64,000 nt of DNA, from the NCBI GenBank assembly GCA_965372715.1, contig CBDVDH010000005.1:1-64000 (forward strand), written 5' to 3'. The notes under the pieces are model-generated. The model was not told where the DNA came from and made no database searches. It saw only the letters and a list, made by a program, of their open reading frames with translations. This document shows, piece by piece, positions 49,966-59,752 of the stretch (position 1 is its first letter; each line of letters starts with the position of its first letter). Origin of the DNA: an uncultured bacterium. Lineage in GTDB: Bacteria; B130-G9. Both the position numbers and the translations under genes were made by a program.

Positions 49966-52179
49966 ATGGCACAGCCAACCCCAAGGAGCATTCGTCGGGA
50001 CAACATTCCCGAATTGCGCAGAGCTCTGCGCAAGGCACGATCGCAGCTCAAAACTATTGCGAATCAGCCGCCTGACGACGCGAAATCCACCCGTGAACTG
50101 ACGGCGGCCGCGGCTATCCTGGCATGGTTGGCGCGAACAGGCCCCACCAAATGGCCGCCCAGCGATTGGGACCCCTCCAGTTGGCCTGACGGGCTGCGCG
50201 ACGCATTGAATGCTATCATCGCGGACGACGTGGGGATTGAGTCTTCAAACACGCGCTCGGCTGCAACGCTCCTTGGCGAGTCGTTACCGCGAGCTGTCTG
50301 GCTCTCGGATGACGTTCTCGGGTGGGTTTATGAGATATGCAGCGAAAGTGGAGGCGCCCGGCGCCGGAAGGGGCAATACATTACTCCTGGGTGGCTTTCT
50401 GAGCTGGTGCTGCGGCTTTGCTTGCGGACCCTGCACGGTGCGGGAGGAATTGCCTCTGACGAAGCCCATGAACATATCAGGATTCTCGATCCAGCGTGCG
50501 GCTCAGGGCCGTTTCTGCTTAGCGCGGCCCGGACCCTTGCCGAATTCCGCCTCACGTCGCAGGAAGCGCGCCGGGCAAAGGATGCTCTCAACATTGGCCT
50601 TGAGAACCTCTTCGGTCTCGATATCGATCAAACAGCGCTTGCCCTCGCAAGATTGAGTCTCGGACTTCTTGGATACACGCGGGGTTTCGGATTCGACGTC
50701 AACTTGGCCAGCTTCGGCCAATCTGACTTCCTGGACAGGGCGTCGGAACTGACTTTTGGAATCCCACACGAGTCGCAGACTGCATCTGACCTCAGACAGT
50801 TCTTCTCGCGTCAATCAGCCACCACGTTTGACCTGGTCGTAGGCAATCCGCCATACTTGGGCTTTCATCATCATTCCCGGGAATACCGCCAGCGGATTCT
50901 GAAGCACTATTCGGTGTTCGATGGGAAGGCGGACGTTTTCTACTACTTCATAGAGCGGGGTCTCGAATGCCTCCGCGAGGGAGGCGTCCTGGGATACGTC
51001 GTGCCTCGTTACTGGATCGGCGCCGATAAAGCGGCTCGACTGCGTAGATTCCTTACGCAAAACAGCGAGCTGGTTTGTCTCCTCGACTTCGGCGGAAGGC
51101 GCGTGTTCATGGGCACAGGTGTGCAAGTATGCGTATTGATTCTCAGAAAGTGCCATCCAAAGCCATCGCACGCGTTGAAAGTTGTCCGGGTTCTGAATGA
51201 GGGCCGGGTTGATGATCTGCCTATCGTGCTAGAACCCGACTCAGGTTCTGATGAGAGCCGTCTAATGCGCTTCGACGTCCCGCAGGAGCTGCTCGGTGAT
51301 TTTTGGGTATTGGCTGCCCCCGAAGACCGTCGTCTTATGTCCGCGATTGAGGCGGCCGCGGATTCGACCCTTGGGGAAGTGGCCTCAGTAAGCCCCGGGC
51401 TCATCACGGGCCTGGACAAGGCCAGGGTTCAGGGTAAGCGATGCGGGAGGCTCACCCAGCAGGGCGTGTTCGTCCTTTCTGAGGATGAGATCAAGAGCCT
51501 GGACCTTCTGCCCCAAGAACGGGCGCTCGTGAAGCCCTGGGTCAAGAACTCGCAAATAGATCGATGGATTGTTAATGATTCCGAGCAATACGTGCTTTAC
51601 ATTACCTCGAAGCCCGACGCAGCCTCGATGCCGAACTTGAAGCGGCATTTGGAGAGATTCCGGCCTATCCTCGAACGCCGCTATGAGATTGCCCTCTCAG
51701 ATAGGCCCTGGTGGAGGCTCGTTCGACCGAGAAGGCCGGAACAGTTCGATGGTCCCGTCCCCAAGATCGTTGTCCCTTTCAAGGCGGCGCAGAGCAGGTT
51801 CGCGGTCGATTATGGCCGACACTTTTGTAGCGCAGACGTCTATTGCATCAACCCTCACGGCGGCCTCTTGCCCGAGTATCTGTGTTGCCTGCTCAACTCC
51901 AGGCTGCTTGAGTTCTATTTTAGGCGGATAGCCAAGAAAATGGGGCAGATATACGAGTATTACGCTCACACGCTTGTTAGGTTACCGATAAGGATAGCAT
52001 CTATGGCGGTCCAGCGGAGATTCAGAGTGCTCCACGACGAGATCGTCGCCGAGATCGGGAATGAGCGATCTGTGGGGCGCCGGAACGAGGGCGTCGTGCA
52101 CGAACTCGAGCACAAAATGAACCAGATGGTGTGCGGCACGTATGGAATCGACGGCGACCAACTCCGTTCGTTGGTGTGA
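49966..52179 (+). CDS. N6-adenine DNA methyltransferase (Eco57I/TaqI-like, with C-terminal TRD)
   Basis: GQYITP, ILDPACGSGPFL, GLDID, VGNPPY, TaqI_C-like YLCCLLNS; no nuclease motif seen. Confidence 0.88.
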   Translation: MAQPTPRSIRRDNIPELRRALRKARSQLKTIANQPPDDAKSTRELTAAAAILAWLARTGPTKWPPSDWDPSSWPDGLRDALNAIIADDVGIESSNTRSAATLLGESLPRAVWLSDDVLGWVYEICSESGGARRRKGQYITPGWLSELVLRLCLRTLHGAGGIASDEAHEHIRILDPACGSGPFLLSAARTLAEFRLTSQEARRAKDALNIGLENLFGLDIDQTALALARLSLGLLGYTRGFGFDVNLASFGQSDFLDRASELTFGIPHESQTASDLRQFFSRQSATTFDLVVGNPPYLGFHHHSREYRQRILKHYSVFDGKADVFYYFIERGLECLREGGVLGYVVPRYWIGADKAARLRRFLTQNSELVCLLDFGGRRVFMGTGVQVCVLILRKCHPKPSHALKVVRVLNEGRVDDLPIVLEPDSGSDESRLMRFDVPQELLGDFWVLAAPEDRRLMSAIEAAADSTLGEVASVSPGLITGLDKARVQGKRCGRLTQQGVFVLSEDEIKSLDLLPQERALVKPWVKNSQIDRWIVNDSEQYVLYITSKPDAASMPNLKRHLERFRPILERRYEIALSDRPWWRLVRPRRPEQFDGPVPKIVVPFKAAQSRFAVDYGRHFCSADVYCINPHGGLLPEYLCCLLNSRLLEFYFRRIAKKMGQIYEYYAHTLVRLPIRIASMAVQRRFRVLHDEIVAEIGNERSVGRRNEGVVHELEHKMNQMVCGTYGIDGDQLRSLV

Positions 52180-52212
52180 CTCTAGACTATAGGTAGAGTT
52201 TGTAGTCATCTC

Positions 52213-52433
52213 GACCGCGTTTCAACGCGGTTATATAGATGGCTCTCATTATCTTAACACCCGACTTCGAGTCGGGTGACTTGAGGACGTGAGGTGCCGC
52301 CTCATCCTCGTGCCCAGAATCCTCACCTGAAAAGGACAGAGGAGAGGGTGTCCGGCTGCCCCAGATCCCCCATCTGAAGATGGGGGTTAGGACATGATAG
52401 CCTTTTATATCGCCTCGGCTGAAGCCGGGCGAT
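52213..52433. repeat. Full four-hairpin repeat (reverse orientation)
   Basis: Homolog of 42246-42461. Confidence 0.85.
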
Positions 52434-52586
52434 GAGGGTTCATCAGCTCATCGCATGTCGGAGATCGCAACGTGGGCGGCATCTTCCGCACGCCTCATGG
52501 CATGAACCCAACATTACGTTCAATCCGGAGTCAAACTCGAAACCTGCAACCTTGACATTTGCGGGGCTGAACCATAGGTTATCGGT

Positions 52587-52663
52587 GGGCCATTAGCTCA
52601 GCCAGGTAGAGCAGCTGACTCTTAATCAGAAGGTCGAAGGTTCGATTCCTTCATGGCCCGCCA
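52587..52663 (+). tRNA. tRNA-Lys (CTT)
   Basis: GGGCCATTAGCTCAGCCAGGTAGAGCAGCTGACT-CTT-AATCAGAAGGTCGAAGGTTCGATTCCTTCATGGCCCGCCA; TTGACA upstream. Confidence 0.95.
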
Positions 52664-52996
52664 AGTCTCTTATTAGATTAGGATGGGGGAGCTAATTCCC
52701 GAGGTTTCCGCGTGGATACAGAGATTCAAGGCGACCAACGAGGCGTCAGAGCTTGCCAGGAGATGAACGCGAGGCAGAGGGAAGACCTGGCCGATGTCCT
52801 TGATGCGGCCGGGAACTTCGGTCGGGCGTTCCTGAGAGAAACGGCGGGCGACAAATACAGAATCTGGGAGATACGCCCCGCCGGGGAGGTTGTGGCTGGG
52901 AATGAGTCGGGGGCAAGCCCCAGCGCTGCGAACTTCGAGGTGAGCCTTTTCGCCGAGGGGCAAATCCCACTGACTACGGACGAGGATATGTAAGAT

Positions 52997-53515
52997 ATGC
53001 CCAGAAGACACATAGTTATCTATGGCGACCCAGTGCTCCAGAGAAAAGCCGAACCGGTCACACACGTAAAGAGCGACGTGGTTGAGCTTGTTGAGGACAT
53101 GCAGGCGACGATGTATGCCAACCAGGGCATTGGCCTCGCCGCGCCGCAGCTCGGCGCCGCGGTCCGCGTGATAGTTTTGGATACAAGCGGCGGCAGGGAC
53201 CCCGGGCAGCTGCTCGTGCTGCTCAATCCCAGGATTTTGGAGATGTCCAGCGAAGAAAACGCCGAGGAAGGATGCCTCAGCGTCCCTGATTTCATGACCC
53301 ATATTCCCAGAGCGACACTGGTTAAAGTCGTTGGCCAGACGTTGGACGGGAAGTCAATAGAAGTTGAGGCTGAGGGACTTGCGGCCCGCGCGATTCAACA
53401 CGAGATCGACCACCTCAATGGGCGCCTCATCGTCGATTTTCTCAATCCGCTGCAAAGAGACCTATTCGAGCGCAAGTTTCGACAGGAACAAGCCAACAAA
53501 AGAACGTTCTTCTAA
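52997..53515 (+). CDS. def: Peptide deformylase
   Basis: GIGLAAPQ, EGCLS, QHEIDHL. Confidence 0.97.
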   Translation: MPRRHIVIYGDPVLQRKAEPVTHVKSDVVELVEDMQATMYANQGIGLAAPQLGAAVRVIVLDTSGGRDPGQLLVLLNPRILEMSSEENAEEGCLSVPDFMTHIPRATLVKVVGQTLDGKSIEVEAEGLAARAIQHEIDHLNGRLIVDFLNPLQRDLFERKFRQEQANKRTFF

Positions 53516-53537
53516 ATAGTCGGAGCAACCGGCCACA

Positions 53538-54533
53538 TTGTCCATCGAGACGCCGTCAAACAGGCCGCGCCTGATTTTCATGGGAACGCCGGACTTCGCG
53601 ATTCCGTCGCTTCGGAAGCTCTTCGGGTCTGGCCGCTACGAGATGATGTGCGTTACGCAGCCGGACCAGCCGTCCGGCCGAGGGCTGAACCTGACCCCCT
53701 GCGCCTGCAAAGTTCTGGCCCACGAGCTGGGGTTTGAGGTCTTCTGTCCTGAGCGCGTCTCACGCCGTGAACCGCGCCAAGTCCTGTCCGCCTTTCGGCC
53801 GGACTTCATCGTCACGGTCGCGTTCGGCCAACTACTGAAAGAGCCGGTCCTCGACATCCCTAAGATCGCCTGCGTCAACGTTCACCCGTCGCTTCTGCCC
53901 AAATATCGCGGGCCGAGCCCCATCAACTGGCCGATCATCCGCGGGGACAAGAAGACGGGCGTTACGACGATGATAATGGACAAGGGAATGGATACCGGCG
54001 ACATCCTGCTGCAAAAAACCACGTCAATCGGCGACGAGGAGACGGCCGCCGACCTTTATAGAAGACTCTCCACGATGGGCGCTGACCTGCTGCTTGAAAC
54101 GCTAATCGGCCTCGAGAACGGGACTCTGAGGCCCACAAAACAGGAGCATGACGAGGCGACCTACGCTCCGAAACTCACGAAAAAGGACGGCCTAATCGAT
54201 TGGTCGAAGGACCCTACAACGCTCGTCAACTATGTCCGAGGCCTCGTGCCCTGGCCTGGCACATACACCTATTACCTGGGCCGGATACTGAAGATAGCAA
54301 AACTCAAGCACGCAGAGCCCCCAGCAGGCAGCCTCGACGCGCCGCCTGGCACAGTCATCGCCGCATCGCCTAAGCAAGGCCTCATCGTCAAGACCGACCC
54401 CGGCGCCGTCTCCATAGAGCTCCTCCAGCCCCCAGGGAAGCGGAAAATGACCGCGAAGGACTTCCTCGCCGGCCACAAAGTCAGAGTCGGCCAGCGCCTC
54501 TCGCGCCTCATCGACGAATCCCTCCCCGAATAG
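53538..54533 (+). CDS. fmt: Methionyl-tRNA formyltransferase
   Basis: FMGTPDFA, TQPD, NVHPSLLPKYRG, MDTGD. Confidence 0.97.
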   Translation: MSIETPSNRPRLIFMGTPDFAIPSLRKLFGSGRYEMMCVTQPDQPSGRGLNLTPCACKVLAHELGFEVFCPERVSRREPRQVLSAFRPDFIVTVAFGQLLKEPVLDIPKIACVNVHPSLLPKYRGPSPINWPIIRGDKKTGVTTMIMDKGMDTGDILLQKTTSIGDEETAADLYRRLSTMGADLLLETLIGLENGTLRPTKQEHDEATYAPKLTKKDGLIDWSKDPTTLVNYVRGLVPWPGTYTYYLGRILKIAKLKHAEPPAGSLDAPPGTVIAASPKQGLIVKTDPGAVSIELLQPPGKRKMTAKDFLAGHKVRVGQRLSRLIDESLPE

Positions 54534-54678
54534 CGCCTCAGTTGACCAGGCTGTAAGATTCCTCCCTCGTTCTCACGTGGAATGCGTCGCTTGGCTTGTA
54601 TTGGTTACCGGCCGGTGATACTCTCTTCTGGATTTCATTCAATTACAGAACGTGCTATGTCCCCGGGAGGATAGCCAA

Positions 54679-55408
54679 ATGCGTATCGCCAAGATGTCCC
54701 CTATCTCAGTCATTTGGCTTCTCGCAATGGTCAGCGCCGCCTTAGCGGCGGATTACTACGTTGACGTCAACACCGGCGACGATTGGAACTACGGCCTCTC
54801 ACCGGACAACGCCTGGAAGACGTTAACCCATGCTGTTGCAGCAGCAGGAGGTGGCACGCCTGAGAATGTCTGCACGCTTCACATTGCGCCCGGGACTTAC
54901 TGCCGGGACTCCGGCGAGCATTTCTCCATTTACATAGAGAACGACTACGTCCATCTGCTCGGCGCGGACCGGTTCATAACGGTGCTAGATACGCAGCGCA
55001 CCGGGTCGTACGGCATGGGACACTGTATTGGGGTCCTCGGGAAATGTAGTGATCCTGTCCAGGGCTCTAGGCTTGAGGGGCTTTCGATCACGACCAGTTG
55101 CCGAGATTACACGGATGAAAGAGCAAGTCGATCTCTACGCCGCAATCATCACCGCTGACGGCGTCATCTGGACCATCGACGCCACTTGGACCTGGTCTGC
55201 CTCGCTTAATCCTTGGTTCGCGTCAGTCGAGCTCCCCGGGAACTTCACGTTCGGCCCAACAACGCTCCTGACGATAGAGCTGCCCTCCGCCGCGCCTCCC
55301 ATCTCCGAGCCGGGGACGTATTGGGTAGCCGCGGCCTTCGCCCAGGTCGGCACAACCTCGTTCATCGCCGAGCCCAGCCTCGCGCCGTTTGAGTTGCATG
55401 CCCATTAG
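54679..55408 (+). pseudogene. Secreted DUF1565-like protein collapsed by an internal deletion/frameshift
   Basis: Signal peptide + DYYVD...WKTLTHA...APGTY in one frame, joined near 55100 to the shared C-terminal domain (VDLYAAI...SLAPFEL) in another frame; the beta-helix middle is absent. Confidence 0.72.
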
Positions 55409-55685
55409 GCAAGATTGACTAGATTGAAGGTTATTCTGAAGGGCCCTCGATTTCGAGGGCCTTTTGCTTTTTTCTGACCGGTCGCCTCGCGAAGTGTAGC
55501 TCGTAATCACCTAGATGTGACGAGGCAAGGCGCCGTAATTGCACGACGGCCTTTAGGGCGGGGCAAGCGCCGCCCCTACAGGACTTCCGGTTCCTTACTC
55601 AGCGATATTATTGTCGATCTCTGTTTTTCTTAGTAACGTAGGTGCCGTCCAGTCGGTATGTTGATGATCTTCGGGTCAAGGAACT

Positions 55686-56411
55686 ATGGCTGAAGAGAAC
55701 GGTACACTCTACGTAATCGCCACCCCAATAGGGAATCTGGGCGACATCAGCCAGCGGGCGCTGGGTATTCTCTCCGAGGTTGGCGCCCTCGCTTGCGAGG
55801 ATACACGGCACACGACCAGGATTTTTCATCGCTACAATCTGAAGAAGCCAAAGACCACGTTTTCGTGTAATGAGCACAATGAGACACGGGTGGCGCCTCG
55901 CATCATTGGGCTTTTGAAGGCCGGGGTATCGGTCGCGCTCTGCTCGAACGCCGGGGCGCCGGGAATCAGTGATCCCGGTTACCGGGTGATTTCCGCCGTC
56001 GTTGAGAGCGGCGGCAAGGTCTCCGTTATTCCAGGGCCAAGTGCGGTGATAGCGGCGCTCGTGAGTTCCGGGCTGCCGGCGACCTCGTTCACGTTCAAGG
56101 GCTTTCCGCCCCGCAAGCAGGGGCGCAGGAGGAAGTTCCTGGAGCTCGACGCGGCCTCGCCTCACACCCTTGTTTTCTTCGAATCACCCCTTCGCGTGGC
56201 TCGGTTTCTGAATGAGTCGCTGGATGTTTTGGGCAACCGGGAAGCGGCGGTCTGCGTCGAGCTGACAAAGATGTTCGAGGAGGTCCACCGCGGGGAGCTT
56301 AGGTCTCTGGCGGCGGCATTTGAGGAGAAGCCGATCAAGGGGGAGGTTACGGTCGTGATCGCCGGCGTTCAACGCAAAGACAGACAGAAAAGGGACCGTG
56401 AAAACGGATAG
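55686..56411 (+). CDS. rsmI: 16S rRNA (cytidine(1402)-2'-O)-methyltransferase
   Basis: LYVIATPIGNLGDIS, CEDTR, PGISDPG, PGPSA, ELTKMFEE. Confidence 0.95.
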   Translation: MAEENGTLYVIATPIGNLGDISQRALGILSEVGALACEDTRHTTRIFHRYNLKKPKTTFSCNEHNETRVAPRIIGLLKAGVSVALCSNAGAPGISDPGYRVISAVVESGGKVSVIPGPSAVIAALVSSGLPATSFTFKGFPPRKQGRRRKFLELDAASPHTLVFFESPLRVARFLNESLDVLGNREAAVCVELTKMFEEVHRGELRSLAAAFEEKPIKGEVTVVIAGVQRKDRQKRDRENG

Positions 56412-56526
56412 AATCGAAACTGGGCACGGGACGTTACGTTACCCCTACGAGACCGTCTATCTCTTGGAGACTCGTTTGGCGAGGCGCTGAGTTAGATGAG
56501 TGCCGGCAGGGCTGCTGCTTGGGAAT

Positions 56527-56997
56527 TCATTTCGCCGCTGTGGACACTTCCGTTCGTCTCTTGGCGAAAAAATCCTGCAATAGCTGGGCGCATTGTTGCT
56601 CAAGCACGCCGTCCTTTACGGTAAGGGAATGATTGGCGTTTTGGAGATGGCCGTTCTCAATTAGATGGGACACAGCTCCAAACTTGGGCTCGCGGCAGCC
56701 AAAGACTATCCCGCTGACTCGGGCCTGTAACGCTGCGCCGAGGCACATAAGGCATGGCTCGGCAGTTGTATAAAGCGTTGTCTCGATAAGTCGCCAGCTG
56801 TTTGTCGATTGCGCCGCCTGACGAAGCGCTAGTACTTCCGCGTGCGCAGTCGGATCGCAAAGCGCCTCCTTGCGATTGTGGCCCCGGCCTATAATACGGC
56901 CATCCTTGACAACAACTGAACCTATAGGGACCTCGCCCTCCGCGAAGGCCAAGCGCGCCTCCACCAGCGCCTCCCTCATAAGCGCCTCATCGTCCAT
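56527..56997 (-). CDS. tadA: tRNA adenosine(34) deaminase
   Basis: GEVPIG, DPTAHAE, EPCLMC, FFAKRR. Confidence 0.93.
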   Translation of the reverse strand: MDDEALMREALVEARLAFAEGEVPIGSVVVKDGRIIGRGHNRKEALCDPTAHAEVLALRQAAQSTNSWRLIETTLYTTAEPCLMCLGAALQARVSGIVFGCREPKFGAVSHLIENGHLQNANHSLTVKDGVLEQQCAQLLQDFFAKRRTEVSTAAK

Positions 56998-57018
56998 TCC
57001 AGTGCCCCAAGCGAAAAG

Positions 57019-57092
57019 CGCGCCCAAGAGGATTCGAACCTCCGACCTACGGATCCGTAGTCCGTCGCTCTATCCAATTGAGCTATGGGCGC
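57019..57092 (-). tRNA. tRNA-Arg (ACG)
   Basis: GCGCCCATAGCTCAATTGGATAGAGCGACGGACT-ACG-GATCCGTAGGTCGGAGGTTCGAATCCTCTTGGGCGCG. Confidence 0.95.
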
Positions 57093-57742
57093 GCATCAAC
57101 TCAAACGGACCATAATATAGGAACCACTTTGGCAACCGTCAAGTTCTGGGGGATTTGGGTGCGCGTATATAGCGCCCCAATCGGCTAGAAGTGAGGAGAA
57201 AAGAAGTGCGCGAACTGGGGCAATGATTCAGTCAGCGCGGATCATTGAGATTCCGGCAATTGTGTATCGGGAATCACATAATCGAACGCTTGCGCGTTTT
57301 GAAGAGAAGATGAGACGTGAGCGACAGGCGCCTCGCAAACGCGCAAACTGGGTCCGTATTATGACCAGGGTTCGCGGTTCTTATCGGAAGCTCTTATAGC
57401 AGATGTTGACGCGTTGAGAGAACGCTTCCCGGGAGACTTGAAGTACAAGCTTAAGATCCGACCAGATAATTCGATAACTCTGTCAAACCTTGACCGAAAT
57501 GAAATAGGGGACTGGATGAATGCTGAGAACTCTATTGGTCGGTTTCCGGACGGCGCTGGCCCGGATGGCGACAAACGCTCTGAAATGCGCCGGGTGCGAA
57601 GTGACCGTCGTGTTGTTGGAGGCAAGACCGGACACCGACGTCGCGGGGCAATCAAGCCCGGCGTCAATAACTACATCCTCAGGGCTTTCACACCTGTGAC
57701 GCATACGGCAATGATACATAAGACAGTGGCCGAGTGCGGCAA

Positions 57743-59161
57743 ATGACGGGGAAGATCGACCCAAGTAAGATGGAACGCGCGACCGAAGCAAGGCCCTACG
57801 CTCTAGTTGTCTCCGACGACAAGATGCTGGCCGTTCTTGAGGCGTACGCCCCGGTTGAGATCGCCGAAGAAGAGGCACTGCGCCATATCGAAGAGGAAGG
57901 GATCGTAGCTGGCGTTGATACGCAGGCAGTGCGGGATTTCGCTGAGAACTGTGCCGAGAAAGAGGGCCTGGTCAGGTACACGGTGGCCACGGGCACGGAA
58001 GCACAGGACGGTAGGGACGGCGAGATTCATTGGGCTCGCGAGCGCGAGGAAGAAGAGGAGCTAGCGGAGAATGATAGAATAGACTGGTATGAGCAAAGCG
58101 ATCTGATCTCTGTGGCCCAGGATGACTTGATCGCAGAGGTTCTGCTCCCTACTGAGGGCGCCGACGGCCTCAATGTCCTTGGCGAGGTGATCGAGGGGAA
58201 GGACGGCAAGCCAGCCACGCTCACCCCCGGAGCAAATGTGCTCGTCTCTGATGACGGGACCCGCTTCACCGCCGCGGCCAGCGGCATGCTCGTCGTCAAA
58301 GGCAAGTCCGTTAAGGTTGATCCCGTCTATAAGGTCAAAGGAAACGTGGATTTCGAGACCGGCAACATCGATTTTGACGGACAGGTAACCATAGGTGGCA
58401 ACGTTCTTGACCTGTTCAAAGTTAAGGCCACAGGCGACATAGCAATAAGGGGCTGCGTTGAGGGTGCAACGCTCGAATCCAAGGGCAACATCGCGATCAA
58501 GGGTGGGGTCGCTGGCAAGAACAAGTGCACCATCAATCTGGATGGAGATCTGACCACATTTTACATCAACAGCTCCAGGGTGAAGTGCAAAGGTGACGTC
58601 CTGGTCAATGTCGAGATCCTAAACAGCACGGTTGAGGCCAACGGAGCGCTTACGGTTAAGCAAAGGGGAATCTTAGGCGGCCGGGTTATTGCCGCTCACA
58701 AGGTGGAGTGCAATGCGCTGGGTTCGGAAGCGGGGCCTCCGACAGAGGTCGTGCTCGGCCAGGATAGTGTGAAAGAGTCGCGGCTCGAGGTGCTTCAGAT
58801 GAAGGACCGCGGTCTTTCGGCTGAGATAAAGGAGCTGGCGAGAAGGGTTACGACCTTGGACAGGGTGAAGAATCGGTTGCCCCTGGACAAACGTGAACTC
58901 CTGACAAAGATGTCTCAGGAGCAGCAGGAAAAAGAGGCTGAACTGGACGAAGCGCGTGCCGAGGTCCGTTGTCTCATGGATGACATCCGGGACCTCTTGA
59001 TGAATGCGTCTCTGTTCGCCAAGGAGATGATATACCCGGGTGTTGTCATTGAGATAGCCGGCGTCCGAAAAGAGATTATCGAGCCTTTACTGGGGCCTAT
59101 CCAGGTCAGATTTGACGTGGCAAAGAGGCGAATACTCCTTCTCAGTAAAGAATCTCGATGA
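57743..59161 (+). CDS. FapA/DUF342 family protein
   Basis: PTEG-x-DGLNVLG, GNVDFETGNIDFDG, beta-helix, coiled coil, IYPGV. Confidence 0.88.
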   Translation: MTGKIDPSKMERATEARPYALVVSDDKMLAVLEAYAPVEIAEEEALRHIEEEGIVAGVDTQAVRDFAENCAEKEGLVRYTVATGTEAQDGRDGEIHWAREREEEEELAENDRIDWYEQSDLISVAQDDLIAEVLLPTEGADGLNVLGEVIEGKDGKPATLTPGANVLVSDDGTRFTAAASGMLVVKGKSVKVDPVYKVKGNVDFETGNIDFDGQVTIGGNVLDLFKVKATGDIAIRGCVEGATLESKGNIAIKGGVAGKNKCTINLDGDLTTFYINSSRVKCKGDVLVNVEILNSTVEANGALTVKQRGILGGRVIAAHKVECNALGSEAGPPTEVVLGQDSVKESRLEVLQMKDRGLSAEIKELARRVTTLDRVKNRLPLDKRELLTKMSQEQQEKEAELDEARAEVRCLMDDIRDLLMNASLFAKEMIYPGVVIEIAGVRKEIIEPLLGPIQVRFDVAKRRILLLSKESR

Positions 59162-59398
59162 ATACCAATCATTCTTCGCGTTGAATTTGCCCACCGGGCG
59201 GCTGTAACCACGGCTTTGCCAAACAGGTCCAGACCTAAATCACCACCACGCTGATAGAAGACACCTCTGAAGCGCCGATCTTGACGGAGGCTAGCGATCT
59301 ATCAGCGTTAGCAGGAATCCACACTCAATCTCGGTAGGTCGCGAAGTAACTCGAGCGGCACAGCAAGCGAATAATTCGAGGTCGTGACTCCGGTGGGC

Positions 59399-59506
59399 GT
59401 AGGGCAGGCTTTCCAGCCTACCAAAGACAGGGTCTCGCGCGACAGAGTGTCCCGTGTGAGGGATGCGGCAATCACTACAAAAGGCAGGCTGGAAAGCCCG
59501 CCCCAC
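59399..59506. repeat. Intact REP-like element (homolog of the IS-interrupted copy)
   Basis: GTAGGGCAGGCTTTCCAGCCT ... AGGCAGGCTGGAAAGCCCGCCCCAC. Confidence 0.85.
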
Positions 59507-59752
59507 ATCTCATCCCATCCGCAGTTTATGAATACTACGGGCAAGGAGCTCACGGTCAATGCAGTCGCGGCCTGCGCCGGACCTATTGAAAAGACCATTC
59601 TGGATGAGGTGGATGACGCGGTGGGCTCAGGCGCAGGATATGGCGGAACAATACAGTTCGAGAGAGGCACAGCCGGTGGCTGGTTTGTTATTTGTTATAC
59701 GAGGGATGAGTCGGTAGAGGGAGTTTTCAGGAGTAGTTGAAGGAGTTAGGGT

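Noticed and set aside
52712-52993. 93-aa ORF between tRNA-Lys and def
   Set aside because: No recognisable motifs and a weak start; could be real but is unsupported.
57414-57746. 110-aa ORF upstream of the FapA-like gene
   Set aside because: No clear start, RBS or homology signal.
59528-59740. Possible SDR C-terminal remnant (LTVNAVA...GPIE)
   Set aside because: Match too short and degenerate.
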